This document shows, piece by piece, positions 47,442 through 57,103 of a stretch of 64,000 nucleotides of DNA. The translations under genes were made by a program, and so were the position numbers. Under the pieces are notes generated by a model. It did not search any database. It worked only from the letters and a program-made list of their open reading frames with translations, and was not told where the DNA came from. Within the stretch, counting starts at the first letter, position 1, and each line of letters starts with the position of its first letter. The stretch comes from Planctomycetota bacterium (GTDB lineage Bacteria; Planctomycetota; Brocadiia; JAADGH01): NCBI GenBank assembly GCA_040755855.1, contig JBFMAD010000006.1:154437-218436 (forward strand). The letters run 5' to 3'.

Positions 47442-48722
47442 TTATGCCTTGCCGGGGAGAGGCGCCACTTCCTCCTGCGGGACCTTCACCGTCCCCTTCT
47501 CGAAATCCTCAGCCGTGGGCGAAAGCGCCAGGTCGGACTTCATCATCTCGTCCCACTTGACCAACTGCCCTGTGTAGGCCGAGTTGCGGCCCATGATCGC
47601 CGTCAGCGACGACTCGGCGATCTGCCGGGCCTCGTTCAGCGGCTCGCCCTTGACGATGCCCTGGAGCAGGTCCATGTGCTCCTGGATGAAGGGGCTTTTG
47701 TGCGTCTCGACCTTCGGGAGTTCGATCTTCTCGCCGGCCCAGGTCTTGGCCTGGCCGCAGCCGTTCGTCTCGCCTTTCTCGCCGATGAACGTCTGGCCGC
47801 CCCGGTTGACGCAGCCGTCAATCTGGCGCGACATGCTCTGGACGTGGATGCCGTTTGCGTACTCAAAGTCCACGCTGAAAAAGTCGAACTGATTGCCCGT
47901 CTTCCGCCGCGCCCGCCCGCCCATGGCCATGGCCGAGACCGGCGGCCCGCCCATGAACCAGTTGGCGATGTCAATGGTGTGTACGTGCTGCTCGACGATG
48001 TGGTCGCCGGACATCTCGCAGAAACTCACCCAATTGCGGACCATGTACTCTGCGTCGTCCCACTGCGCCTGGCGCTCCTTGAACCACAGCCGACCGGTGC
48101 AGTAGTAGATGCGTCCCGCCACGATCTTGCCGATGGCGCCCTCCGCGACGGCCTTTTGCGTGCTGATATAGGGACCGTGGTGCCGCCAGATCGTCCCGGC
48201 CACGACGCCGAGACCCTTCTTCTTGGCCGTCTCACCGCTCTCGATGATCTTCCGGCAGCCGACGGCGTCAACGCCGACCGGCTTCTCGAAGAAGACGTGC
48301 TTGCCGGCGTCCACTGCCGCGGCGAAATGGCCGGGCCGGAAATTCGGCGGCGTCGTCAGGCAGACGAGGTTCGCGTCGGTCTCCATGACCTTTTTGTAGG
48401 CGTCGTAGCCGATGAAGCAGCGCTCCTTCGGGATCTCGTGCCCCTCCTTCTTGAGGCCCTCGTAGGTGCGGTCGAGCCGGTCCTGGCAGGAGTCGGCCAG
48501 GGCGACGACCTTGCCCTCGAGTCCCAGCTCCTTGCAGGCGTTCATGCTGTCGCGGATCGCCCCTCCGCCGCGCCCGCCGCAGCCGATGAGGGCGACCTTG
48601 AAGACCGGCTTCGCCTGACCATAGGCAGGCCGGTTGCGCATCATCGCCAGCCCGGCCCCCACCGCCCCAGCGGTCTTCTTCATGAAATCCCGACGCGACA
48701 CGTTTTTTTCTCTATCCGCCAT
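47442..48722 (-). CDS. Tat-exported Gfo/Idh/MocA oxidoreductase
   Basis: SRRDFMK Tat motif, GCGGRG, EKP, EQHVH.ID. Confidence 0.92.
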   Translation of the reverse strand: MADREKNVSRRDFMKKTAGAVGAGLAMMRNRPAYGQAKPVFKVALIGCGGRGGGAIRDSMNACKELGLEGKVVALADSCQDRLDRTYEGLKKEGHEIPKERCFIGYDAYKKVMETDANLVCLTTPPNFRPGHFAAAVDAGKHVFFEKPVGVDAVGCRKIIESGETAKKKGLGVVAGTIWRHHGPYISTQKAVAEGAIGKIVAGRIYYCTGRLWFKERQAQWDDAEYMVRNWVSFCEMSGDHIVEQHVHTIDIANWFMGGPPVSAMAMGGRARRKTGNQFDFFSVDFEYANGIHVQSMSRQIDGCVNRGGQTFIGEKGETNGCGQAKTWAGEKIELPKVETHKSPFIQEHMDLLQGIVKGEPLNEARQIAESSLTAIMGRNSAYTGQLVKWDEMMKSDLALSPTAEDFEKGTVKVPQEEVAPLPGKA

Positions 48723-48806
48723 CGCTTATCTCCTTCTCGGGTCTCGGTTCAGCAAACACGAGATTCTTAGCACACGGAGATCGGGCGTGTCAAGCACAAC
48801 CTGGAC

Positions 48807-48840
48807 AACCTCCCGGAGGTTCGGAACCTTCCGGGAGGTT
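48807..48840. repeat. REP-like palindrome (second copy at 60492-60523)
   Basis: AACCTCCCGGAGGTT...CCGGGAGGTT. Confidence 0.75.
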
Positions 48841-48931
48841 ACACCTAAACTTCTTGCATTGCGCCTTGACTTCCAGTAGCATTTTGCCATCGAAACCGAG
48901 CAATCACCCGTTGAAGGAGGAGGAAGGAAAC

Positions 48932-49897
48932 ATGGCGCATTGTCTCGACCGACGGGAATTTCTGGCGATGGCGGCGGCGGGAGCGACGCTGGGCCTCGGC
49001 CGCAGATCGTGTGCAGAGGGAGAATTCAAGCACACGCTCCACAAGGCCCTCATCGGGAAACCGACCGAGGACTACCTGACCAAGATCAAGGAGGCGGGCT
49101 TTGAGGGCATCGAGACGGGGATCGTCGCCCCGCCCGAGGCGGAGAAGGGCCGCGCCGTCGCTGAGAAGCTGGGCATGCGCATCCATTCCGTCCTGCGCGG
49201 ATGGGCCAAGTTCAACAGCCCCAAGCCCGAAGAGGTAGAGGAGAGCATCAAGACCACGGAGAATGCGCTGCTCGCCGCCCAGGCCTATGGCGCCGACGCC
49301 ATCCTCCTCGTGCCCTGCCGAATTGACGGCAAGGCCGTGCCCATGCCGGAGGCGTGGGAGTTCCGCGTCAAGTTCGACGAAAAAACCGGCCACCTCACGT
49401 CCGTGGTGGACGGGGACAACGAGAAGTTCAAGGACTACATCCAGGCCCACGATCACGCCTACGACGGTTCCAAGGCGGCCATCGAGAAGCTGATCCCCGT
49501 CGCCGAGAAGGCGGGGGTGGTCATCGCCGTCGAAAACGTGTGGAACAACATCCTTGTTGACCCGCGCATCTTCGCGCATTTCGTTGATTCCTTCCAGAGC
49601 AAGTGGGTGCGGGCCTACTTTGATCTCGGCAACCATGTAAAGTACTCCCCGCCGGAGGAATGGATCAAGGTCCTCGGCGAGCGGATCGTGAAGTGCCACG
49701 TCAAGGACTTCAAGCTCAATCCCGATGGCCACGGCGGGAACTTCGTGGACATCCGTGACGGCAGCGTGAACTGGCCCGTCGTGCGCAAGGCCCTCGACGA
49801 CATCGGCTACGCCGGCTGGATGACCATCGAGGGCAGCGGGAAGCTCCCCTTCGAGGAGCAGAGCAAGCGCCTCGACCTGATCATCGCGGGGAAGTAA
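48932..49897 (+). CDS. Tat-exported sugar-phosphate isomerase/epimerase (TIM barrel)
   Basis: DRREFL, ENVWN, FD.GN, HVKDF, TIEG. Confidence 0.9.
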   Translation: MAHCLDRREFLAMAAAGATLGLGRRSCAEGEFKHTLHKALIGKPTEDYLTKIKEAGFEGIETGIVAPPEAEKGRAVAEKLGMRIHSVLRGWAKFNSPKPEEVEESIKTTENALLAAQAYGADAILLVPCRIDGKAVPMPEAWEFRVKFDEKTGHLTSVVDGDNEKFKDYIQAHDHAYDGSKAAIEKLIPVAEKAGVVIAVENVWNNILVDPRIFAHFVDSFQSKWVRAYFDLGNHVKYSPPEEWIKVLGERIVKCHVKDFKLNPDGHGGNFVDIRDGSVNWPVVRKALDDIGYAGWMTIEGSGKLPFEEQSKRLDLIIAGK

Positions 49898-49913
49898 TCC
49901 CAAGGAGTGCGCC

Positions 49914-51617
49914 ATGTGGAGAGGACTAATGACCGTCTTATTGCTCGCGGCAGTCTGCGGAAGATCGGACGCCCAGACGCCTGTGACCGATCTCAAGGCC
50001 GAGGCCCGGAACGGGCAGGTGTTCCTGACATGGAAAGAGGCCGAGACGCCGGCGGGGACGACGTTCAACGTCTATTCGTCATCGAAACCGATCAAGTCGG
50101 CAAAGAGCTCGGATTTGGTGGGGCATCACATCGAGCGCCGCAGCGCGCGAGACTGGTGGGAGGACCCGGCCTCCTTTCGCAAGGATGAAAAGCCGGGCGA
50201 ACCGGTCGGCTTCCTCATCGAGGACGGCGGCAAGCGCCTCGACCCCAGCAGCGGCCTGTTCGTGGATACGGTCTCGAAAGACAGCGAGGGCAAGGGCTAC
50301 TACGCCGTGACGTTCACCGGCCCGGACGGGAAGGAAGACAAGAAGATCGCGCCCGGCGAGAACTCCCTCAGCAAGGCGGTTCTGCGGAAGGTCGGAGATA
50401 TGTCGCCCATCTGGCAGCACGACGGCAAGCCGCCGTCCCCCGGGGCGGGCAAAGGCAAGGCCCTGTCGCTGAGCCTGCATGGCAAGGGCGGGGTCGTTGC
50501 GAATAGCGAGTATCTTCTCTTCGGCGACGAGACGATGGGCTGGCGGCGCGGCCTGCCGTTCAAGTTCAGCGTGCAGGTATCCGGCGACCAAGTCCTCATC
50601 CGGCCCACGGACCGCGTGTGGATCGGGCGTCCGGGCGACTCCGGTGCGCCGGCGACGTGGACATTCTGGTACGGCTATAGCTCGAAGGTTTACGACGCCG
50701 CGCAGATGGAGAAGGGCATCGCCACAAACTACACGGAGCACCGGCTCCTGTGGATCGTGAAGTGGGTCCGGGAGCACTACCAGACCGATCCGAACGCGTC
50801 GTATGTCTCCGGCAGCTCAATGGGCGGGTGCGGGTCCATCTCCTTCGGCCTGCGCCATCCGGAGATCTTTGCCGCGCTCCATGCCCGAGTGCCGATCTAC
50901 AGCTACACGAATCCTCCAAGCGGCAGCGCGAGCCGCCTCGTAACGCTGTGCTGGACGGGACCGATCACGAAAGAGGTCAAGACCAACGAGGGCATCCCGC
51001 TCCTCGACCGCATGAACGGGGCGAAGCTCGTCACCGAGGCGACGGGCGACTTGCCCTACATCTTCGCCACAAACGGGCGAAAGGACGCCTCCATCCCCTG
51101 GGAGAACAACCCGCCCTTCTACCGCGCCTGCAACGAGGCCCGGCAGGGATGCGCCTTCTGGTGGGACGACGGCATCCACCCCACGGCGGGGAAGGATGCG
51201 CCGGAGGACGTGCATCAGTGGGAGGCGGCCTTCAAGCGATTCCGGCTCGACCAGAGCTACCCAGCCTTCTCCAACACGTCCGCGAACAAGGACCCCGGCG
51301 ACGGCGATCCGACGAAGGGCGATATCATCGGCTGGATCAACCGCGGCATGGAGTGGAAGGACCTTGAAGACAAACCGAACGAGTACGCCATCACGATCAC
51401 GGTCGGCTACCCCGGCATCGCGTACCCCGTCAAGACCGACATGACCCTTCGCCGCGTGCAGAGATTCAAGACCCAGCCGGGCGAAACGGTGACCGCGCAG
51501 ATCGGACGCGACAGGCCCGTCGCGGTCAAGGCCGACCGCAACGGTCGCATCACGATCCCCGGCATCGCGATTCCATCGGGAGAGGGCGTCCGGGTAACGG
51601 TCCGCCGCGGGAAATGA
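49914..51617 (+). CDS. Secreted alpha/beta-hydrolase-fold protein
   Basis: Signal peptide, LHG.GG, GSSMGG nucleophile elbow. Confidence 0.72.
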   Translation: MWRGLMTVLLLAAVCGRSDAQTPVTDLKAEARNGQVFLTWKEAETPAGTTFNVYSSSKPIKSAKSSDLVGHHIERRSARDWWEDPASFRKDEKPGEPVGFLIEDGGKRLDPSSGLFVDTVSKDSEGKGYYAVTFTGPDGKEDKKIAPGENSLSKAVLRKVGDMSPIWQHDGKPPSPGAGKGKALSLSLHGKGGVVANSEYLLFGDETMGWRRGLPFKFSVQVSGDQVLIRPTDRVWIGRPGDSGAPATWTFWYGYSSKVYDAAQMEKGIATNYTEHRLLWIVKWVREHYQTDPNASYVSGSSMGGCGSISFGLRHPEIFAALHARVPIYSYTNPPSGSASRLVTLCWTGPITKEVKTNEGIPLLDRMNGAKLVTEATGDLPYIFATNGRKDASIPWENNPPFYRACNEARQGCAFWWDDGIHPTAGKDAPEDVHQWEAAFKRFRLDQSYPAFSNTSANKDPGDGDPTKGDIIGWINRGMEWKDLEDKPNEYAITITVGYPGIAYPVKTDMTLRRVQRFKTQPGETVTAQIGRDRPVAVKADRNGRITIPGIAIPSGEGVRVTVRRGK

Positions 51618-51640
51618 TACCGGCCCAAACCCGCCCCCCC

Positions 51641-51694
51641 TGTAGGAGGGGAATCCTTTCCCCGACGGATCGCGGAAGGGATTCCGCTCCTACA
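51641..51694. repeat. Inverted GTAG-type REP doublet (REPIN-like)
   Basis: TGTAGGAGGGGAATCC...GGATTCCGCTCCTACA. Confidence 0.7.
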
Positions 51695-51819
51695 ATCCGT
51701 GGTACCCGGCGCGCCCGCGAGCGGGCATGTCCCTCCGATTCTACTTGAACATATCGCAATTCCTGGTAGAATAGTAAGCAGATCGCGCCAGCCAAATTCC
51801 GTGGAGGAACACCGTTCGC

Positions 51820-53271
51820 ATGGCTGTACAGGCCGAGGAAGCATTCATACACGTCGCGTTGCGGGAGAAGCGCCTCACCCAGGAGCAGGTGGACGAGTGC
51901 CGCCGCGTCCAGGAGGACCTGGCCAAGTCCGGGATCAAATGGTCGCTGCCCCAGGTGGTCCAGGAGCGCGGCCTGCTGACCCGGAAGGAAATCCGCCGCA
52001 TCCTCAAAGCCGGGCAGGACGAGGGGATTGACGTCAAGATTGACGGCTATGAGATCATCCGGCGCGTGGGGCGGGGCGGCATGGGCGCCGTCTTCATGGC
52101 CAAGCAGGTCAACATGAATCGTACCGTGGCGCTCAAGGTCCTGTCCCAAGCGGCCACGTCAAACGCCAGATTCATCGAGCGCTTCCAGCGCGAGGCACAG
52201 ATCGTCGCCTCGCTCCGCGACAAACACATCGTCGCCGCCTTCGACTACGGGGAATCGAACGGCTGGCACTTTATGGCGATGGAGTTCGTCGAGGGGCTGA
52301 CGGTCAAGAAGCTGGTCAACCGCACCGGCCCCCTGCCGGAGGAGCAGGCCGTCCGCATCGCGCTCGACATCGCCTCGGCCCTGAAGCACGCCCATGCGAA
52401 GAACATCATCCACCGCGACGTGAAGCCGGGCAACATCATGCTCGACCCCGACGGCGTGGCCAAGCTGTGCGACCTCGGCATGGCGAAACTCAGCGAGGGC
52501 GAGGACGGCTCGATCACCCGCATCGGCACCACCATCGGCACGCCGTACTACATGTCCCCCGAACAGGCCCGCGGGGAGACGGAGCTGGACGGACGGACGG
52601 ATATCTACTCGCTCGGCACGACGCTGTTCTACATGCTCACGGGCGACGTCCCCTTCAAGGACCCGTCGAGCGCCGTCGTCATGGCGAAGCACATCACCGC
52701 CGAGCCGCCGTGGCTGGCCGACGTGAATCCGTCCTTGTCGGACGAGGTCTCCCGCGTGGTGGCCAAGATGCTGGCGAAAGACAAGGAAGATCGCTACGCC
52801 GACGCCGAGGAGCTGATGCACGACCTGACCTCCGCGCTCGACGGCGGGCCGCTGATCGCGCCGCCGCGGTGGGTGGCCAAACTGGAAGGACCCGTTCCCG
52901 CCGGACCAGCTACGGCCGCCAAGGCGGCTGCTGCGCCGCACCCCCTGCCGGCGCCCGGCGTGCCGAACCATGTGGTTATTGTGCTGGCCGTCGGTCTCAT
53001 GGTGGCAATCGTGACGATTCTCGCGCTCATCCAACAGAAAAGCGACCTCCGACTCCAAAGCGAGATGCTCTTCACCCATGCTTTCACCGTGGCGAAAGAA
53101 CAGGCCGAGCTGAACCCCGCCGACTACGACCGGAACATCCAGCGCTTCGAATTCCTCCTCCGATACGCCAAAGACACCGGCTGGGAGCAGCAGGTGAAGG
53201 ACCACCTCGACCGCGCGCGGCGGCTCAAGGAGCAGGACAAGGCGGCGTCGGAGCCGAAGAAAAAACCGTAG
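51820..53271 (+). CDS. Hanks-type Ser/Thr protein kinase with C-terminal TM
   Basis: GRGGMG, VALK, HRDVKPGN, DLG, GTPYYMSPEQ. Confidence 0.95.
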   Translation: MAVQAEEAFIHVALREKRLTQEQVDECRRVQEDLAKSGIKWSLPQVVQERGLLTRKEIRRILKAGQDEGIDVKIDGYEIIRRVGRGGMGAVFMAKQVNMNRTVALKVLSQAATSNARFIERFQREAQIVASLRDKHIVAAFDYGESNGWHFMAMEFVEGLTVKKLVNRTGPLPEEQAVRIALDIASALKHAHAKNIIHRDVKPGNIMLDPDGVAKLCDLGMAKLSEGEDGSITRIGTTIGTPYYMSPEQARGETELDGRTDIYSLGTTLFYMLTGDVPFKDPSSAVVMAKHITAEPPWLADVNPSLSDEVSRVVAKMLAKDKEDRYADAEELMHDLTSALDGGPLIAPPRWVAKLEGPVPAGPATAAKAAAAPHPLPAPGVPNHVVIVLAVGLMVAIVTILALIQQKSDLRLQSEMLFTHAFTVAKEQAELNPADYDRNIQRFEFLLRYAKDTGWEQQVKDHLDRARRLKEQDKAASEPKKKP

Positions 53272-53391
53272 TCGCGCCTCCCGCTCCCTCTCCCGTAGCT
53301 CCTTTCCCCTCTTGACGAAGGCATCAACAAAGGCTATTGTCATGTCCCAGAACAATACGATACCCAATGGACTGATGGAGGATACCAGCCA

Positions 53392-54462
53392 ATGAACAGC
53401 CGCGAGCGATTTCATGCCGTGACGCATTACGAGAAGTGGGACCGATTGTTCCGATGGGAGATGGGGCCGTATGAGGAGACGGTGAAGCGCTGGCGCGCCG
53501 AGGGCATGCCCGCCGACAAGAACGTGGCGCAGATCGTCGGGTACGATCCCATGGGCGTCATTCCCGTCACGATGGGCCTCCTGCCGGGATTCGAGAAGAA
53601 GATTCTCGAGGAGACCGATGAGTACCAGATCTACCAGTGCAACCGCGACGGCGTCATCAAGAAGATTCGCAAGGACACGCCCCCGCCCGCCATGCCGCAA
53701 TACATCCGCTTCCCGATCCAGGATCGCAAGGACTGGGAGGCGTTCAAGAAGGAGCGGCTCGATCCCGACAACCCGAAGCGTTTCCCCAAGCCCATCGAGC
53801 AACTGAAGAAAGAGTATGGCAACCTGCAACGCCCCCTCGGCATCATGGCGGGGAGCATGTTCGGCTGGCTGCGCGACTGGATCGGCGTCGAGAACTTCGC
53901 CGTCCTGTTCTACGATGACCCGAAGTTGGTGCATGAGATGATGGAGTACCTCGCCGACTACTTCGTCGAGATGCTGAAGAAGATCGTCTTCGAGACCCAA
54001 TTCGACTACGCCCAGATGTGGGAGGACATGGCCTACAAGACGGGCTCCCTCATCTCGCCCAGGCTCGTGCGCGAGTTCATGGTCCCCGGTTACCGGAAGA
54101 TCGTGGATGTGCTCCACAAGGCCGGCATCGAGATCATCCTCCTGGACAGCGACGGGAACGTCGAGGAGCTGCTGCCCATCTGGCTTGAGTGCGGCATCAA
54201 TTTCATCTACCCCTTCGAGGTCGCGGCGGGGATGGATGTGGTCGCCCTTCGGAAAAAGTTCGGCAAGGACCTGCTCATGGGCGGCGGCATGGACAAGCGC
54301 GTCATGGCCAGCGAGAAGAGATTCATCAAGGCTATGGTGGAGGAGAAGCGCGACCTGATGCTTGAGGGCGGCTACATCCCCGGCTGCGACCATGCCATCC
54401 CGCCGGACATCTCGTGGGAGAATTTCCTTTACTACCGTGAATGCCTGCATAACATTGCGTAA
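53392..54462 (+). CDS. Uroporphyrinogen decarboxylase / MtaA-CmuA family protein
   Basis: MNSRER, WEDMAYK.G.LISP, DSDG, GG.DK, GGYIP..DH. Confidence 0.85.
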   Translation: MNSRERFHAVTHYEKWDRLFRWEMGPYEETVKRWRAEGMPADKNVAQIVGYDPMGVIPVTMGLLPGFEKKILEETDEYQIYQCNRDGVIKKIRKDTPPPAMPQYIRFPIQDRKDWEAFKKERLDPDNPKRFPKPIEQLKKEYGNLQRPLGIMAGSMFGWLRDWIGVENFAVLFYDDPKLVHEMMEYLADYFVEMLKKIVFETQFDYAQMWEDMAYKTGSLISPRLVREFMVPGYRKIVDVLHKAGIEIILLDSDGNVEELLPIWLECGINFIYPFEVAAGMDVVALRKKFGKDLLMGGGMDKRVMASEKRFIKAMVEEKRDLMLEGGYIPGCDHAIPPDISWENFLYYRECLHNIA

Positions 54463-54487
54463 CCGATTATAGCAAAAGGAGTTATGG

Positions 54488-55147
54488 ATGATACGTCCTA
54501 TGACCACTTTGATCTTTTGCGTCGCTGTCGGACTGCCTCTCGCCTTGCGCGCTCAAGAGATCACCGATGCGCAGAAGTTGGCCGAGCTGAAGGCGCTGAA
54601 GGTGGACGGCCATGCCACGTGGACCGACCCGCAGCCGAACATGGAACTGAAGTTCGAGCTGAGCGTCACCGGCTCGAAGGCGATCGTGGACAACGCGAAC
54701 GCCGTCATCGCCGTCCTGCCGCTGGATATAAAATACACCCCGCCCATGCTGCCGCCCGGCGCCGACGAGCCGATGCGCCAGCAGATGGCGACCCAGGCCA
54801 AGGGGCAGAACGATATGTTCGCGCAGATGCTGCAGGACGTGTTCCGGGACAAGTTCCTCAAACTCGGCTACCAGGTGGTGGAGCGGGAGGAGATTCAGAA
54901 GGTCATGCAGGAGCAGAACCTGAGCATGACGGACCTGGTCGAGCGGGAGAAGAAGATTCAAGTCGGCAAGCTGCTCGCGGCGAAGTTCCTCTTCACGCAC
55001 GAGCTCCAGACCGTCTGTTTCGTCAACTTCCAGACAGGCGCGATGGAGAGCACGTATTCCTACTCGGGCAAGTTCATTGACGCCGAGACCGGCCGCGTCC
55101 GGGCGACGGTGCAGTATATTATCTCAAGCAAAGGAAAGGTTGGCTAA
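54488..55147 (+). CDS. Secreted CsgG/LpoB-like protein
   Basis: Signal peptide; VVEREEI.KV..EQ, GKLL.A, IDAETG. Confidence 0.6.
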   Translation: MIRPMTTLIFCVAVGLPLALRAQEITDAQKLAELKALKVDGHATWTDPQPNMELKFELSVTGSKAIVDNANAVIAVLPLDIKYTPPMLPPGADEPMRQQMATQAKGQNDMFAQMLQDVFRDKFLKLGYQVVEREEIQKVMQEQNLSMTDLVEREKKIQVGKLLAAKFLFTHELQTVCFVNFQTGAMESTYSYSGKFIDAETGRVRATVQYIISSKGKVG

Positions 55148-55190
55148 GTACGCCATTTCGCAACTTCGAATAGGAAGCGTGTAGTCCCCC

Positions 55191-55273
55191 GTCATTCCCG
55201 CGAAAGCGGGAATCCAGTCCCGCGTCCGCGCGGGATTCGACCGCTGGTGGATTCCCGCGTACGCGGGAATGAC
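55191..55273. repeat. ATTCCC-N8-GGGAAT paired palindromic repeat (copy at 62502-62569)
   Basis: GTCATTCCCGCGAAAGCGGGAATCC...GGATTCCCGCGTACGCGGGAATGAC. Confidence 0.85.
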
Positions 55274-55301
55274 CCCCGTTGGCTCGCCATGCCGCAGGTA
55301 G

Positions 55302-55898
55302 TCAGGTCATGAAATTTGCATTTTGCCCCAGTTCGCCCTCCTTCAATCTGACCCCAATCTGTGTGGGTCCCTGGGACTCCGTCTGCGCAAGTGCCTTTTC
55401 GTAGTCGGCGCGTGCCACAAAAGGCCAAACGCTAAAATCGCCCGCTTGCTGCAGTCGCCTCCATTGCTGCTTACGCCGGAACCACGACCCCGCTATCACT
55501 ATGATAATGACCGGCAAAATCCACTTGGCGTACCATCGAAGCCACGCTAACCCTAAGCCCAAAGAAACCAAGAAGGAACCAACAAGGCCTACCCAAAAGA
55601 GGCCGCGGGGCGTGTCCAGAAAGTCGTAGTTAGGCCACTGATATTCAAACTCGGACTTCAAGAACAGAATGCACCTACTGAACATGGCCCATTCATCTTC
55701 CGTAAGAGCATAGCGCCCTCTCAAGAATTGATCTCCGATGTCGATAACCAACCGCTCGCATATTGGATAAACACCTGGATCTCTTGTTTGCCCGTCCACC
55801 GAAAAGCACCCATCCGTAAACTGGTTCCCATTGATGCGGCAATCACGAAAATCTTGGATCAAACGAGCCAGTCTTTCTCTTGCTTCTCGGTCGGTCAT
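55302..55898 (-). CDS. Hypothetical membrane protein of lower GC
   Basis: Two TMs; RCILFLKS..EY.WP and GD.SVWPF motifs; AT-richer codons than neighbours. Confidence 0.7.
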   Translation of the reverse strand: MTDREARERLARLIQDFRDCRINGNQFTDGCFSVDGQTRDPGVYPICERLVIDIGDQFLRGRYALTEDEWAMFSRCILFLKSEFEYQWPNYDFLDTPRGLFWVGLVGSFLVSLGLGLAWLRWYAKWILPVIIIVIAGSWFRRKQQWRRLQQAGDFSVWPFVARADYEKALAQTESQGPTQIGVRLKEGELGQNANFMT

Positions 55899-56017
55899 GC
55901 CACTTCTTCCACAGAGGAACTTATAGGGTCATAAGATCTGCATTTGGTCCCAATCCCTCCCGTGGTATTCTGGATTGTCTCGTCGTGGGCCGCGAGTTTT
56001 CGCTCCAATCTTAGCAC

Positions 56018-57073
56018 CTACGCTTGATTCCGGATTCGTTTTCCGAGTGCGACGAGGTCGGCGAAGACCTTTCGGGAGTCGGCCGGTTCCATCGGCCCCG
56101 TGCCGCAGCTTGGGGTGAGGAGGCCCTGGCGGATGAGGGTCTCGCGGGGGACGCCCTTCTTCTCTAAGTAGCCGAATCCCTCCATGAGCCGCCGTTCGAG
56201 GGAATCGGTGGTCTCGCTGCGGATGGCCTCTGTCGGCTTTGTCGGCACCACGCCCCATGCGAGGATGCCGCCGCGACCCAAGTAGGCCTTGATGTCGTCG
56301 GGGTAGAGCGAGACGGACTGGGCGTACTCGAAGGCGTCGAAGCTGATGATGTCCAACTTCGTTTTGGAAAGGACCGACCAGTCCGTGTTGCCGCAACAAT
56401 GGCAGCCGACGAGCGCGCCCGTGGGATGGATGGCGTCAACAACCTCGTCCAACAGTCGGATCACGTCCTCACCCTTCAGGCTGAGATAGGCCGACGTGCC
56501 GAAGGCGGCGAGGACGGGCTCGTCAATGAAGATGATGACCTGCTCGGCCAGCGGCTGGAGCTGCTGCACCTGCCAGACGGCCTTCTGGGCCAGGCACTTC
56601 GTCGCGGCGTCTTGGAGCTCGAAGTCGAAGTAGATCGCCTTCCGGTCCTGGTCGGTGACGCCGAGGGTGAAGGTGAGCGGGCCGGTGATGTGGCCCTTCA
56701 CGCAGCCGAATCTCCGCCCGGACGCCGTCACCATGTCGAGGAAGGTGTAGAGACCCCGGGCGTAGTCGGGCGAGATCTTGAACTGGCTCGGGTCCTCGGC
56801 CATGAGCTTCTCGTAGAAGGCCATGATCTCGTCGGATTTCTTGTCCCCGATCTCGAACCAGATTCGTTTTTCGCGTTCGTCAATGCGCAGGCACGGCATG
56901 CCCTCGGAGAACTGCGGGATCATCAGCTCGCGGAAGTCGCGCTTGGGGAGCTGGGGCCAGAAGGGGATGTCAATGCCTCCGTCGAGGACCATGCGGCAGG
57001 CCGCCTCCGCGTCGGTGAGGGGAAGGCTGCCGATGGCGGCGGTTTGCATGTTGGCGTGGAATGAATGTGACAT
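56018..57073 (-). CDS. Single-barrel 'core' methionine synthase (MetE C-terminal-like)
   Basis: IGSLP, PFWPQLP, KGHITGP, FIDEP, HCC and PSCG Zn ligands. Confidence 0.8.
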   Translation of the reverse strand: MSHSFHANMQTAAIGSLPLTDAEAACRMVLDGGIDIPFWPQLPKRDFRELMIPQFSEGMPCLRIDEREKRIWFEIGDKKSDEIMAFYEKLMAEDPSQFKISPDYARGLYTFLDMVTASGRRFGCVKGHITGPLTFTLGVTDQDRKAIYFDFELQDAATKCLAQKAVWQVQQLQPLAEQVIIFIDEPVLAAFGTSAYLSLKGEDVIRLLDEVVDAIHPTGALVGCHCCGNTDWSVLSKTKLDIISFDAFEYAQSVSLYPDDIKAYLGRGGILAWGVVPTKPTEAIRSETTDSLERRLMEGFGYLEKKGVPRETLIRQGLLTPSCGTGPMEPADSRKVFADLVALGKRIRNQA

Positions 57074-57103
57074 CGGAAGCCCCTCTCTCGTGTTACTGTG
57101 GTT

